Source: Octopus sinensis (taxonomy: Eukaryota). Taken from it: a stretch of DNA of 64,000 bases. Position numbers and translations under genes: made by a program. The stretch spans positions 7,564,001 to 7,628,000 of the forward strand of contig NC_043001.1 in assembly GCF_006345805.1 (NCBI RefSeq), given 5' to 3'. Below, in pieces: positions 1 through 14,026 of this stretch. The first letter of the stretch is position 1; the number at the start of each line of letters is the position of its first letter. The notes below the pieces were generated by a model, which was not told where the DNA came from, did no database searches, and was given only the letters and a program-made list of their open reading frames with translations.

Positions 1-358
1 CACATATATAGGAAGTATAAATGTTTGGCGTGTTTTCTTTCAATCTGAGGGGGTTGCTACAGTACAGGGAAGGAACTAGAAACGAATATATATCCGCATT
101 GAAATTGAACAATGGTATTGCTCTCTTGGAAACGATGGTAACGGAAACAAAGATAAATAGGAATACCAAAATATTAAAAAGGAACGATATTGCAATGAAA
201 TGCGTGAAGCCTTTCATCTTGCAAAATCTACGTAAATATCGGATTAGAAACTTCTAGACGAGTATATATTTAAGCACATATGTTTATCAAAAGACAGAGC
301 ATTATATATATATATACATAATTAAATACACACATACATACATGCATACATACAAACA

Positions 359-392
<34 letters not shown>

Positions 393-414
393 CACTGACA
401 CATTCACACAGATT

Positions 415-500
<86 letters not shown>

Positions 501-990
501 TTAATGTTATTATATATTAGGAACGGAAGCAACCTTTCGGAAAATATTTTCACAGTCAAATTAAAGGCGTTCTTAACAGCGTAGTGAAGTGTATTTAGTT
601 GCGCAAATTGATTGTTCATTTTAAGACACTTGTTTCGTTTTTGTTGATAAGAAACATAAATTTACAATATACGTATTAAAGATCTGTATTTATGTAGGCG
701 AATGATAATCGCCTGCAAATAGCGTAGGGCTTGTGAAGAAAGAGAAGTTAAATATGTTCCACATGAGTGTATACAGATCTATTTTTCTGCAAAGCAATCC
801 TTGCATTTCATGGCAGAATGTAATTACAAGTATCGCAGGAAAGAGAAAAGAGAAAGCTGTTTCCATGGACATCTTTTCCAGCAGCAAGGGGAGATGCGTT
901 AGCAAGTGTGACAGGAACATTGGGGCAGTTACACACAAATGCCAGAAGCATGAGACTACAGCTAATGGCGTATGTAATAGAGAAGAAAAA

Positions 991-1400
991 GGCGGCGAGC
1001 TGGCAGAATGGTTAGCACGCCGGGCGAAATGCTTTGTTGTATTTCGTCCGCCACTGCGTTCTGAGTTCAAATTCTGCAGTGGTCGACTTTGCTTTTCATC
1101 CTTTCAGGGTTGATGAATTAAGTACCAGTTACGCACTGGGGTCGATATAATCGACTTAATCCGTCTGTCTATCCTTGTTTGTCTCCTCTCTGTTTAGCCC
1201 CTTGTGGGTAGTAAAGAAATAGGTATTTCGTCCGCCGCTGCGTTCTGAGTTCAAACTCCGCAGGAGTCGACTTTGCTTTTCATCCTTTCAGGGTCGATGA
1301 ATTAAGTACCAGTTACGCACTGGTGTCGTTGTAATCGACTTAATCCTTTTATCTGTTCTTGTTTGTCCCCTCTATGTTTAGTCCCTTTTGGGCAATAAAG
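991..1400 (+). mobile_element. tRNA-derived SINE (family A), full copy followed by a headless second copy
   Basis: Head GGCGGCGAGCTGGCAGAATGGTTAGCAC, B-box-like GAGTTCAAATTC and body CTTTCATCCTTTC...GTACCAGTTACGCACTGGGGTCGAT; the same sequence recurs at 2990, 9811, 45773 and 55701. Confidence 0.85.
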
Positions 1401-1569
1401 AGATGAGAAATACTAACAAATGTTTCCAAACACTATCATACACACATGAAGTATACGTACATGCACACATTTAATATATGTTAGGGGGAGGGGGAAATGA
1501 ACAAAACAGCAATAAGCTCATATACGTAACTCTAGAATGTAGGGAGATTTAATGTTTGTGTACATAAGC

Positions 1570-1764
1570 TCACCCTGTCCATCAGATCGAAATTACCTGT
1601 ACACGTGCAATGGGGGCCACATGTCGGATGTCACAATGACAGTAGAACGATGAGAAATGAAGTGCTCGTCTGAAGAGCACAACGCAATACCCGATCTGAG
1701 AATCGAACCCACGATCTCGCAATTATGAGTGCAAAACCTTAAGCGCCTTCATCCATGCGCCTCC
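1570..1764 (-). mobile_element. Degenerate tRNA-derived SINE
   Basis: Minus strand starts GGAGGCGCATGG..., carries the B-box GGTTCGATTCTC and then a CORE-like GTTGTGCTCTT segment. Confidence 0.55.
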
Positions 1765-2892
1765 CCCACACACACACGCACACACACATATAATGTTATA
1801 TATACACGCATATACATAAATGTGCATGTATGTGTATAAACGCATGTGTACGTATGAAATTATACACATAGGCATATGTGTAATTATGTTCTTAGCTACA
1901 AAATCTGATACACACATACACCTACACACACACATATATATATATATGTGTTCGTGTGTGTGTTTGTGTAGGGTAAAGAAAAAGCGAGCGACATACTTAC
2001 ATTCACACACTCACAAACGCTCACATGCGCATATATTGTTGTAATAGTTTTACGTATATTTCAAATGTTTCAGAGAACGTACGTGTTCTCCAGTAAATTA
2101 TATATAATGAGAAAGTATTCGGATCTGCTGGAAACTTCCGTTGAAAGTTTTTTCAATTTGAATACATATCATAAAAACAATGAAGATCTATTTTGCGTGA
2201 TGACTTTTAACAAACGTAATCACATCCAAATTCTAAACACGAAATACACACATCACGTATTTTGTTAACCCTGTACTGTACAACATGCATAAAGACTTTT
2301 ATATAGCTATTTGTTGCATGCGTGAATCCTACGAAATTCATGGAAAACTATGAAGGCAATGGATGACTGTACAAATATTTCTGTTCATTTGTTAACAGAA
2401 TATTTGTGAAGATTTCTATAATCAATCATTATATTATAGGAGTTAAAATATGCGATTTCTCGAATTATTTTCTTAGAAATAACTCAGCGTAGTATATTTT
2501 GAATATTTTCGAACCAATACAGCATTTACATATATATTTTCCTGCATGTTACTATAAGTATCTACACACACACACACATACATGCTAACACAGATATATA
2601 TATAGGCATGGGTATGAACAAATGTGCACATTATAATGGAAAGAATTGAAGGATAAACCAATTAAAAAGATAAAAATGGGATACACACCCAAACGAATAA
2701 ATTCGCAAATATATTTCAAAACGGAAGCATATATTGGTATGCGCCAACAAGACACATGTACGTATATAGAATATACACTTTCACCTGTAGAAATCTTAAT
2801 GAACTTGACTATGTTTGGTATTTTAGCAGATTATTAGTACCTGGATATATCTTGTTGTATACCAAATCTGTCTACAATATAAATGGAATACA

Positions 2893-3168
2893 GAGGCGCA
2901 GGCTGAGCTTTGTGCTAAGATGATTACTTCCTAACCATATGGGCCCGGGTTCAGTCTCATTGCGTGGCAGCTTGGGCATGTGTTCTTAAGGCGGCGAGCT
3001 CGCAGAAGCGTTAGCACACCGGGCAAAATGCTTAGCTGTATTTCGTCTCTCTTTACTTTCTGAATTCAAATTCGGGGTTGATAAATTAAGTGCCAGTCGC
3101 GTACTAGGGTCGATCGAATCGACTGGCCCCCTCCCAAAAAATTTTGAGCCTTGTGCCTAGAGAAAAAA
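2893..3168 (+). mobile_element. Chimeric SINE: family C head fused to family A, flanked by a 12-bp TSD
   Basis: C-type head 2895-2988, A-type head GGCGGCGAGCT from 2990, A-rich end; AAATGGAATACA at both 2881-2892 and 3169-3180. Confidence 0.75.
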
Positions 3169-3941
3169 AAATGGAATACATCTCACTGAATTATAAATTC
3201 AATTTCTTCTTTCGTTCATGTTGAAATTCGTAGCGAACCTCGGTTGATACATCATAACAAGACATCATTGTGTCTGAAAATTCATATGTTTCATTTTTAT
3301 TTTGTTTTTGAAATCGTTATATTTTTTTTAAAGTAACTTGCTGGCAATATTTCAAATATTAGAAGACAAATTTACTTTAGATTATTACCAAGAACAAGAG
3401 TAAAAGTTGTGATGAGAAATATTACATCTGTAATTCAAAAATTACCAATTATTGTACATTCAGATGTAAGTATTACTTTTAGAACAGACTCTGAATACGT
3501 CTAAAAAGTAGCTAATATCTGCTGTAAATACTCTCATATTATTTATTGTTGAAATGTACTTGGGAATACTGAAAAGTGTCTGACTTTGGATTTTTAAAAA
3601 TACAGGTAAATGGGGTTAATTATGAGTTTCTTCCACATATTCACTCTCAGGTTCACACCCTCATTGCAGCTGTCCTCCAGTTTTTCTAAGGCCTATCAAG
3701 GAAAAACCTCGGATGGCTGGGCCTCTTACCAGGCCTTTCGCGATGACCTTAAAGGTAGGTAACTTTCAGGACCAACTCGCAGTCATTTTACTCTCAAAAC
3801 TTTAAATATTATAATTTGTTTAATGTGCAACAATGCAATTCCCTATAGACCAGTTTAGGGGAAAATGTACGCAGTAAATATATCTTTAGGGGCATCTACA
3901 GCATAATAGAAATTTGCTGTTTCCCATGCATATGATTTGTG

Positions 3942-4305
3942 GTGGAAGCACTCCGTCGGTTACGACGACGAGGGTTCCGGTTGATCCAATCAACGGAACA
4001 GCCTGCTCGTGAAATTAACTTGTAAGTGGCTGAGCACTCCACAGACACGTGTACCATTAACGCATTTCTCGGGGATATTCAGCGTGACACAGGGAGTGAC
4101 AAGGCCGGCCCTTTGAAATACAGGTACAACAGAAACAGGAAGTAAGAGTAAGTTGTGGTGAAAGAGTACAGCAGGGATCACCACCACCCTGGAGCTTTAG
4201 GTGTGTTCGCTCAATAAACACTCACAACGCCCGGTCTGGGAATTGAAACCGCGATCCTACAACCGCGAGTCCGCTGCCCTAACCACTGGGTCATTGCGCC
4301 TCCAC
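3942..4305 (-). mobile_element. tRNA-derived SINE (family B) with an imperfect 14-bp TSD
   Basis: Minus-strand head GTGGAGGCGCAATGACCCAGTGGTTAGGGCAGCGG; GCATATGATTTGTG (3928-3941) versus GCACATGATTTATG (4306-4319); same head at 30886. Confidence 0.85.
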
Positions 4306-5453
4306 GCACATGATTTATGAATACAAGAACAAAAGAACAAAAGACATACAACAATACATACTTACACAAACTCTAAATGCAGATACGTGTATGAGTATGT
4401 ATGAGTGAGTATAGCAGCATATAGTTGGAAGGACGTATATATATTTATATACATATACATACATATATATATATATTGATAAATAGATGCTACAGCAAAT
4501 ATTTATGTAAGTATATATCTATGTATATATGTATATATGCATATTTGTGGATATGTATGATATATATATTTGTATGAATGTACTCATAATGGAAGAAAGT
4601 ATTGTTTAAACAACGTATTCGTTAAATATTCTGTATGTATAAGTTACATCAAGATAAAGACAAATATTTACCACTTCGTCTTCTAAATAATATTTTTTTT
4701 TCATTCTAATCCTAGTAAAAATGACGTTAGTATTATCCTCTCGAACGTATATCGGTGTATTATATATATTTCTTCTTAGATTTTAACCCGGCTCTTCAGG
4801 AGCCATTCTACAGACTAAATTTCCTGTTCATAGTATGACTCATATCACCAGAGTAAGTTCTCTTCTATTCCCATTAATGATATCTTGTATTTCTTCTCCT
4901 TTAAATATACTATCTTATTCTAGATTTAAATATTTTGTAATATATTCTCAGAAACTGTGATTAATTATTTGGAGAGACACCAATTAGTCGAAGATTACGA
5001 GGTCGATGAATCAAATTACTTCGGTACGCTTCGAAAATATAGCCTAATAAATGGCTGTTTTCTGTGAAATTGTGTGTTTCATGATACGATTGCTGTGCAT
5101 CGTGTTATTATGGAGTGTAAACTGAAAGGAAGACATTCAGAAGTAGTAAATTAAAGGGAAACCTACCAGGAAAAAGAAAACAAAAAAAGTCAAAGAGGTA
5201 AAAGAGAGCGAAATATATCAAATTATACAACTGATGTTATAAATTGAAATACAAACATATGACTGGACATTAGACAAGTAAGAGTTTCTTCAGAAATAAG
5301 TCGTAGATTATAGCAGTAAGGTTGTAAAATCAAATTGAATCTGGGCGGGTGGTTAAGATGTTGCGAGGAAATAATATTTACACTGAAGTTGACTTCAAGA
5401 CGATAAGATAATGTAGGATGTTTAAATGAATACGTAAGCATATACATACATAC

Positions 5454-5537
<84 letters not shown>

Positions 5538-5966
5538 AACCGTTTAGATTTAACTTGTTAGAAAACACGAGAAAGTATCCGCATATGTACATACAAACTA
5601 ATTCATATACACATGCTAGAACACGTATATCTCAGTTTGTAAGTATGTATGTTTATAAAAATATATATGTATTGTGGGCGGGTGTGCATGTGTGTGGAAA
5701 CACACACACACACACACGCACACACGCACAAATATGTATACTGTATATACGTAGCAAAGTGTGGAATACCTTCCATATAAAATTAAAAAAAAAACATGAC
5801 TGGACGTCATTTTCAGACATGCATTTTGTGTGTATCATAAATATATTGTTTGTGATATCTGAATGATTCCTTACGTACCCCCAATGTATCGTAATGGATA
5901 TTCTATTGTATTCGGTGCTCAAATCACGCTCATTATGCGTAACTTACTAAATCATAAATACATAGG

Positions 5967-5997
<31 letters not shown>

Positions 5998-6020
5998 GCA
6001 TATATGTATATATATACATA

Positions 6021-6093
<73 letters not shown>

Positions 6094-6148
6094 GTATGTA
6101 TGCATGTATTATATATGACAAATGTGTACGTATATAGTTATATATATA

Positions 6149-6375
6149 TTGCTCCAATCTGGCCAGCCCCTGTTTTTGTATGCATTCGCTGCTTTCTTCC
6201 AAGTAATCTTTTTCCTTGGGGCTGGCCAGATCAGAGCAATTTCGAGTATAACCAGCCGGAATTGCGAAGATAATCTGCAATTCGACTGAGGAAAGAAAGT
6301 AAGACACGTATTTGTTTACTTTGTATCATTTGTCTGGAGGTTTTGCGTTCTTGTCCATTTTTGTATTATATATAT
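6149..6375 (+). repeat. Interspersed repeat (probable PLE terminal fragment) with a 22-bp fold-back
   Basis: TTGCTCCAATCTGGCCAGCCCC...GGGGCTGGCCAGATCAGAGCAA stem; homologous to 26300-26600 (minus); flanked by (TA)n. Confidence 0.6.
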
Positions 6376-7500
6376 GTATATATATAATACAAAAAAGTTT
6401 TTTCGCAAACCTTTCATAATGTGATACAAGTCTTTGGTGTAGCAATCGTATGCGGCTGAATAAGGCTTTTTAACTATCTGTTATGTCGATTATGCATTGA
6501 TGTAAGAATAAGTTGTTCTATAAAGCTCGAAACATATGTACCGCAACGTCCTTTTCATTTTATTTCATTTGATACATACATATATATATATATATATATA
6601 TGATTACACATACACACACAGACACACACACACAGACACACACACATACACACACACATACACACACACATATATACTTATACACAACTATGTATGTGCG
6701 TGTGTGTGTTCTTAGTCTCACATATTTTTCATGCAGATTCTCTACTTAATGTTTTAGCTCTCAATAACCAAAATATATCTGATACAACATAATTCGATAA
6801 AACAACATAACTTAACCTTTCTCTCCCTAAACACATTCCCGAAGAACAGAGAATGGTATATATCATTGTCACATTGCTAATAGGAATTTCCTCCCATCGG
6901 ACGTTCTATTTCCCTCACTATTGTAGAATTGCTGATGTGTAGCTCATTAGAAACACACCCAGCTCCGTTCGATATACATGTTTTGTTTCTTATTGATCAG
7001 CACTATCCGTTACTCTGTATATATTATTAAATGTTAATTTTCCTAACCAATATTCTCTATCGAGAACCATCATAAATGTATTCACATTCTTATTCTAATT
7101 GATTTTTGAAATCTCTTATTTGTATAACACATTTGTGCTATTTTAGCTATAAAGATAAAATATCGGTTACCAAGTTTCTTTCGTCTGCTTACAATGAAGA
7201 ATTCATGAACATACAATTTTGATATGTTCCACAAATTTTCTGTGAAATGATTCTCTAAATATATTTTGGTTATGGAAAACATTTTGATGTTGCTGAATGA
7301 TAAGCTTGTATGTATGTCAATAGAAGATGGTCATCTCAAACGTCCGTATGTTAATGAAAATATAGACAGTACTTAGGTTTTTACAGTGTCCTAGAATGCT
7401 AAATAGTTCTACACCCTCACAAGTAATCTATCAAAAATACCAGTAAAGGAGGAATGTTGTTGCTGTATTGTTTCCTTATAGTATACAATTATTCGTGTAC

Positions 7501-7582
<82 letters not shown>

Positions 7583-7622
7583 TATATATAGATATATATT
7601 ATATATATATTATATATATATA

Positions 7623-7669
<47 letters not shown>

Positions 7670-7694
7670 ATATATATATACACATATATATATA

Positions 7695-7751
<57 letters not shown>

Positions 7752-8427
7752 TACATACGTGCGCAAACACACTCACATATTATCATTCAAAGAAAAACAG
7801 ACGCGCAGGCACGTGCACATAATTCACATATACATATACATATATATATATAAAACATTTATTCATACAAGTCTATCAGAATATCGATAAACAATCATTA
7901 TTTACAGCGTCTACTTTCGCTTTGCTTACACTTTCAGGAAACAAATTGCTTGCTGATCGATTATTTTTATCGGTTGGTAGATATAAGCGCCGTTCAGCAT
8001 CCATTTGTTTGCAGAAAGTATAAGCAAAGCCATAAGCCTTACCTAATCTCAGAGTTCGGGCTTGTTCTCGCTGACGAGACAAGACATATCGAAACTGCAG
8101 TGTATTAGAAGACAGTGGATCAACGAGACGAATGTGGTGAACGCATTACTGTCAAAAAAGCATGACTTACACTACAGTTCTTAGCATATTCTGCTTCCGA
8201 ACTGAATGTACAATATAACCGTTTCATTATTTATCTATAAATATATATGTATGTACATATGTATGTACACACACACTCACGCATACACACACAAACACAC
8301 ACATATACAGACAAACACATACACATGTATACATTTACTAAGAAAAGATGGTTTGAACATAGTTAATTATCTATCACTAAAATCAGTTCATCATAACATT
8401 ACTAGCTGTTCATTGCTGTGCATTGTA

Positions 8428-8971
8428 TTGGGTTGTCCGGAAAGTTCGTGCCGATTTATAGTAGCTTGCCTTTCAACTTATTTTAGAACGTGGTTGAATC
8501 CACAAAATAAGATTTGACTACACCTCTCCATTTAGAGCACAGTTTGAGCAATATTTTCGTGGAAGAATATTTATGTTCCTATAATCTGTTACCCTCAATT
8601 CTGTAATCCTTAAAAATGAAAGATAAGAAAGTTCATTTTCGGCACTTGATGCTTTGGGAACCAAACAAAAATAGCTGCAACTCGGCATATTCACCAGATA
8701 TTGCTACTTCGGATTTCCACTTATTCAGTTCTCAGCAGAATAGTCTTAATGGTACACATTTCGATTCCTTGACTGACGTAAAATGTTACCTTGAATTCTT
8801 AGCCATGAAACCACTTCAGTTCTGGAAAGAGGGTATTTTCAAATTAAGGAAAGATGGAGACGCATTGTGCAAGAAAATGTTTATATATGGTTGATCAAAA
8901 ATGTAATGGCAAGTATTTATTGACCTTTTACTTTCCTTTAAAAATCGGCATGAACTTTACGGACAGACCAA
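8428..8971 (+). mobile_element. Internally deleted mariner (Tc1/mariner) element
   Basis: ~30-bp TIRs (TTGGGTTGTCCGGAAAGTTCGTGCCGATTT / AAATCGGCATGAACTTTACGGACAGACCAA), TA on the left; ORF 8616-8894 joins N-terminal KVHFRHLMLWE to C-terminal YSPDIATSDFHLF (mariner YSPDLAPSD motif). Confidence 0.9.
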
Positions 8972-9330
8972 TCCATTATATATTATGTTACTGCAAGAGC
9001 GAGTGCAAGTGTCTACGCATATATAAAGGCACCGAGCGATTATTTCTAACATTTTGAGAGAAATATATTTGCATCATTGCAAAGCATCTGCAAGACATTG
9101 CCCACCCCTCGCAGACATGGACTGCAGCTTGAAAAGTTTTAAAAAAAAATGAAAGAAAGAAAGAAAGAAAAGGAAATACCACATGACATGGTCAGAGGTA
9201 CAGAATTTTACACATGCAATACATGTTCAAAATCATGCAATTTATGCTTAGATGTATCACTAGCATTATATTATGCAGCGATAGAATCATTTACAAGTTC
9301 CTTGAAATATAACGGAATTGGGAAGTAATG

Positions 9331-9427
9331 TTTTATATCCATCCCAAGCTGGTCCGGTGAGCAATTTGTTTTTTCGCACGCAAGTTCTGGACCCCGGTGA
9401 TGAATTCATTTACATACAGCCAATCAG
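9331..9427 (-). promoter_or_regulatory. Candidate Pol II promoter (CCAAT, octamer-like, TATA)
   Basis: AGCCAATCAG at 9418-9427, ATGTAAAT (minus) at 9408-9415 and TATAAAA (minus) at 9331-9337, in the order expected for a minus-strand promoter; motif evidence only. Confidence 0.3.
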
Positions 9428-9810
9428 AGCAAGGCCACAATTATCGTTCCTTGTTTCTAGTCAGCACCGTGCATTCCTTACTCTTTCCGTCTTTACTACC
9501 TGTTCATCGCTATCACAAAAATAAATAAATAAATACATTTCAAATCCTGTCTCCTGACTGGGTGAAAATGATCAAGATTTAAACCTCTATAACCTTTTAA
9601 AATCATTTTTCTGGAAATACATGGAATAATACCAGCAATTAATTTTGGGCAAGTCTATTATTGTGCCAACGTCAGAGTAACCAGTGAACATCGAAGGATC
9701 AGCACCACGAGGGTAGAAATATCATTTACGTATATCTATTCGTTTGTCCGACAGGGAGTTAGAGACAGCAGTTTTGCCATATAAACATACGCACTATACA
9801 TTTTTTCTTC

Positions 9811-10043
9811 GGCGGCGAGCTGGCAGACACGTTCGCACGTCGGGCGAAATGCGTAGCCGTATTTCGTCTGCCGTTAAGTGTTCTGGGTTCAAATTCCACC
9901 GAGGTCGACTTTGCCTTTCACCCTTTCGGGGTCGATAAATTAAGTACCAGTTACGCACTGGGGTCGATGTAATCGACTTAATCCCTTTGTCTGTCCTTGT
10001 TTGTCCCCTCTATGTTTAGCCCCTTGTGGGTAGTAAAGAAATA
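9811..10043 (+). mobile_element. SINE family A with a perfect 16-bp TSD
   Basis: TATACATTTTTTCTTC at 9795-9810 and 10044-10059. Confidence 0.92.
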
Positions 10044-10118
10044 TATACATTTTTTCTTCATTTCAGATTTCTTTTATTATTGTTCCGAGTCAAAATCCCA
10101 CACTGTTCAAAACCTCCT

Positions 10119-10176
<58 letters not shown>

Positions 10177-10356
10177 GATAGAAACACTACGAGTATTTAC
10201 GTCCCACTGTGTAATAACATTTGATATAGACAATGCTCACTTTGGAAAGAAATTGTACTATATGTGTCATTTTTTTACACAAATGCATATATATATAAAT
10301 ATGAATATATATATACATATAAAACGAGATAGATAAATACACAAATAGACAGACTG

Positions 10357-10405
<49 letters not shown>

Positions 10406-10429
10406 GGGTTCAGTAAAAAAAATTACTTT

Positions 10430-10913
10430 ACCACACAGCGAACTTTTAGAAATAGCAGCCAAAAAATTTTAGGTATTTCTTCTACTATAAGAAAAGTCTC
10501 CCAGAAAATGTATACTCAAGAATAATCCACGTAGGTATAGGGGGATAAATAACGAAAGATCACACGTACATCGATTACTTGAGCACGCCGTTTCTGGATT
10601 AGTTGGATAAAGAGATGCTAGAAATACATACTCCTATCAACATTTCCTTCGTCAGCCCAAGATTTCGTTTGGTTTAAATTTGAGAGCACTAAATATCGAA
10701 CATACCCGTCTGATATGAGTAATCCCAGACAAACCATCTTCGACTGCCAGTACTAACGAATTCAAAAAGTACAAGTGAGGCTTTGCATTCTTCCCCTTCC
10801 ATCCACGTGAGTTATAGAGCAACCAATTCCTACAGAGAGAACTGTAGTTCAATATCAGGGAGAGTGAATTATATTGACAATATAATTCTCTCTCCCTGAT
10901 ATTGAACTACAGT

Positions 10914-10920
<7 letters not shown>
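10430..10920 (-). repeat. Probable PLE terminal fragment ending in an 87-bp palindrome
   Basis: Degenerate HHR-like motif at 10578-10661 (minus); palindrome 10834-10920 with 1 mismatch; (TA)n on both sides. Confidence 0.55.
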
Positions 10921-11170
<250 letters not shown>

Positions 11171-11582
11171 TGGCAAATCTTGGCTTTGTAGTTGCTGCAT
11201 GGATTATAAAAACATTATTAAAATATTATCAGGGATTATAAACTCAATCCAGTGATAAGTACGAACCAACACAGCAAATCCACCACATTCTGAAATAAAC
11301 GGAAGTAAAATAAAATTCATTATATAATTCATTTCACCAAAGCATTTATAATTCATCTTCTTGTTACATTTATCATTTCATCATACTTAATTTTAGATAT
11401 TCGGCTATGACACAATTTAATATCGTAATGTATTCTTTGAAATATATTCATGATGAAGCGGCAAGGACATTAAATTAAATCATTTGTTGAAACTAATATT
11501 CGTAGAATATGTGCATTCAAAATTACAATATATATATATATATACACATACATACACACATATATATATATATGCATACATA

Positions 11583-11675
<93 letters not shown>

Positions 11676-13456
11676 ATGGATATGTCATTGTACTGTTCCA
11701 AGTGTGACTCTCACAGAGCTATTTTCATATTCTACGAAGACTATCCATTTTCTGATGATAAATCTGTTACAAGTTTAATCTTTCTCTAGTTAAGTATACA
11801 CGCCATATAATGTCAGTCAATAATGTGATGATTTATAGATAACAAAATGCTAAGTAAAGTATTTATACATAAATACATTGCGATACCACATGAATATTTA
11901 GATCTATATGTGTTAATTTTAATACAGATAATAAAGCTTAATATATTTATGCATTGAAATACGAGCAATTTGCAAAATATAAAGCCTTCGGGTAATTTCA
12001 ATGTATATTTTGTGGAATTTTCGAATTTGAATGATGTATATGTTGTACCAACAGCACATGCAATATCCGTATTAATGTTCGCAAATGATATATAAGAATG
12101 CCATCGCAACATCCGCCAGTGCTTTCATTTTACAGACAGAACGATAGGTAAGATGCATTAACAATATTATTGAGTTATTTGAGTGTTAGATCTGGTATCG
12201 ATTTTTGTGACGTATGATATATGTGATAAGTAAATCAATGTGTATAATTATGTCAAAGCAAGTTTATATCATGCATGTTAATGTGTGTATGCGCGTGGGT
12301 ACGTGCGTTTGGAAGTGTGTGTGAGAAAGAGAGAGAGAGTATGTGTGTATGGGGGCGGTGTTTGTGTGTTTGTGTCTGTGTGCGCATGCGTATGTGTGTG
12401 TGTGGTTATGCATCTCTTTCTGATGCATAAGATTCTGCTTTCCTGAAAGTCTTGGCAGGATATTCGTTGGAACATCGAACAGTGAAACGTGGCTTACTAT
12501 TTTCGATTATTGTTGAATAACTATTACAAAAGGAAAGCAATTTATCTTATGACGAATTCACATCTAGCATGCATTTACACACACACACAAGCACGTGCGC
12601 TTTGGCTCATTCACGTGCGACTAATTCACATAGCAACACAAGCGCATATCTACATACATAAAATACCGGTCCTGAGATACTAGGCTTCTCAAAACCAGAA
12701 AGAAGAGAGCTACTTAGAATACTTAGAATACATCACTGGAACTGTATAAATTAGTAAAACTTTCCAGGAATTTCTCATTTAAATATACATGAGTATGTCT
12801 AGATATGAAACTATATGCATGAAAATACATACATAAAGCAAAACATACATACAAAGAAACAAAAATACCCTGTTCTTGATATCAAAATTCCAATGAAGGA
12901 GCCTTCGATCTTGGTTAGAGACCGGTTCTCTCTCAGTTGGCTAGAAATCTTGAAATTAAACTGGACGATGACACACGTACATACATACATACACGTATAC
13001 CTACACGCATTCGCACGCACTAGTATAGTATATCACTTTATACTTATTTCAATATATGTGACTGCATAAATATATGTAAATGCTTATGTATATACTTATA
13101 AACACATGTGTGTGTTTGTGTGTATGTGTGTGTATGAGTTATACGTATATGCACATGTATATGTATATATGCTTACACTTACATAAAAGAATATGTGTTA
13201 TTTTGTTGTGAAGCCGCAGATCTTTTCATCTTCAAGGGAAATATAATTTCACTTCAAATACAACTTTATCTTCAGTAAATGGTCCAGTGATATTTCATTT
13301 TCTTTATTTATTTTACACTTTATAACCTTTACATATTCCTGTATATACTTAAAACAAGATTGTTGACAAGGATTTCTATTCCAAGTCGCTTGCTGCTATT
13401 TATAAAGTTTGCGAAAACTTTTTCGTGCATATATGATATACACACACACGCACACA

Positions 13457-13502
<46 letters not shown>

Positions 13503-13686
13503 TATATATATTTATATAGATAGATATAGATACATATATATATATATATATGTGTGTGTGTGTTTGTGTGTGGTGGGGTGTATATATGTGTGTTTGTACA
13601 TATATATATACATATATAAATAAACAAATATGTATATATATGTTTTCTCAGGCACAATTTCACAAGGACATTATGTGTATATACAA

Positions 13687-13993
13687 GGCGTAGCTCGGTA
13701 GTAACAAGCAGGCTTCTCAACGACATGGTTCAGGTTTCCACCCCACTGCGTGGCATTTAGGGCAATTGTACTCTACTATGGGCTGACCAGCACCTTCTGC
13801 GAGGTAGACGGGAACTGAAATCAGCCCGTTGTGTATATATATATATATATACGTGTGTGTGTGCGCGTGTGTGTGCACGTGTGTGTGTTTTGTGTCTGTG
13901 TTTGTTCCCACACCGCCACTTGACAAAAACTACTGACATTTTTACGATACCGTAACATAGTGGTTCGCCAAAGGTGATCGATAGAATATATTT

Positions 13994-14026
<33 letters not shown>

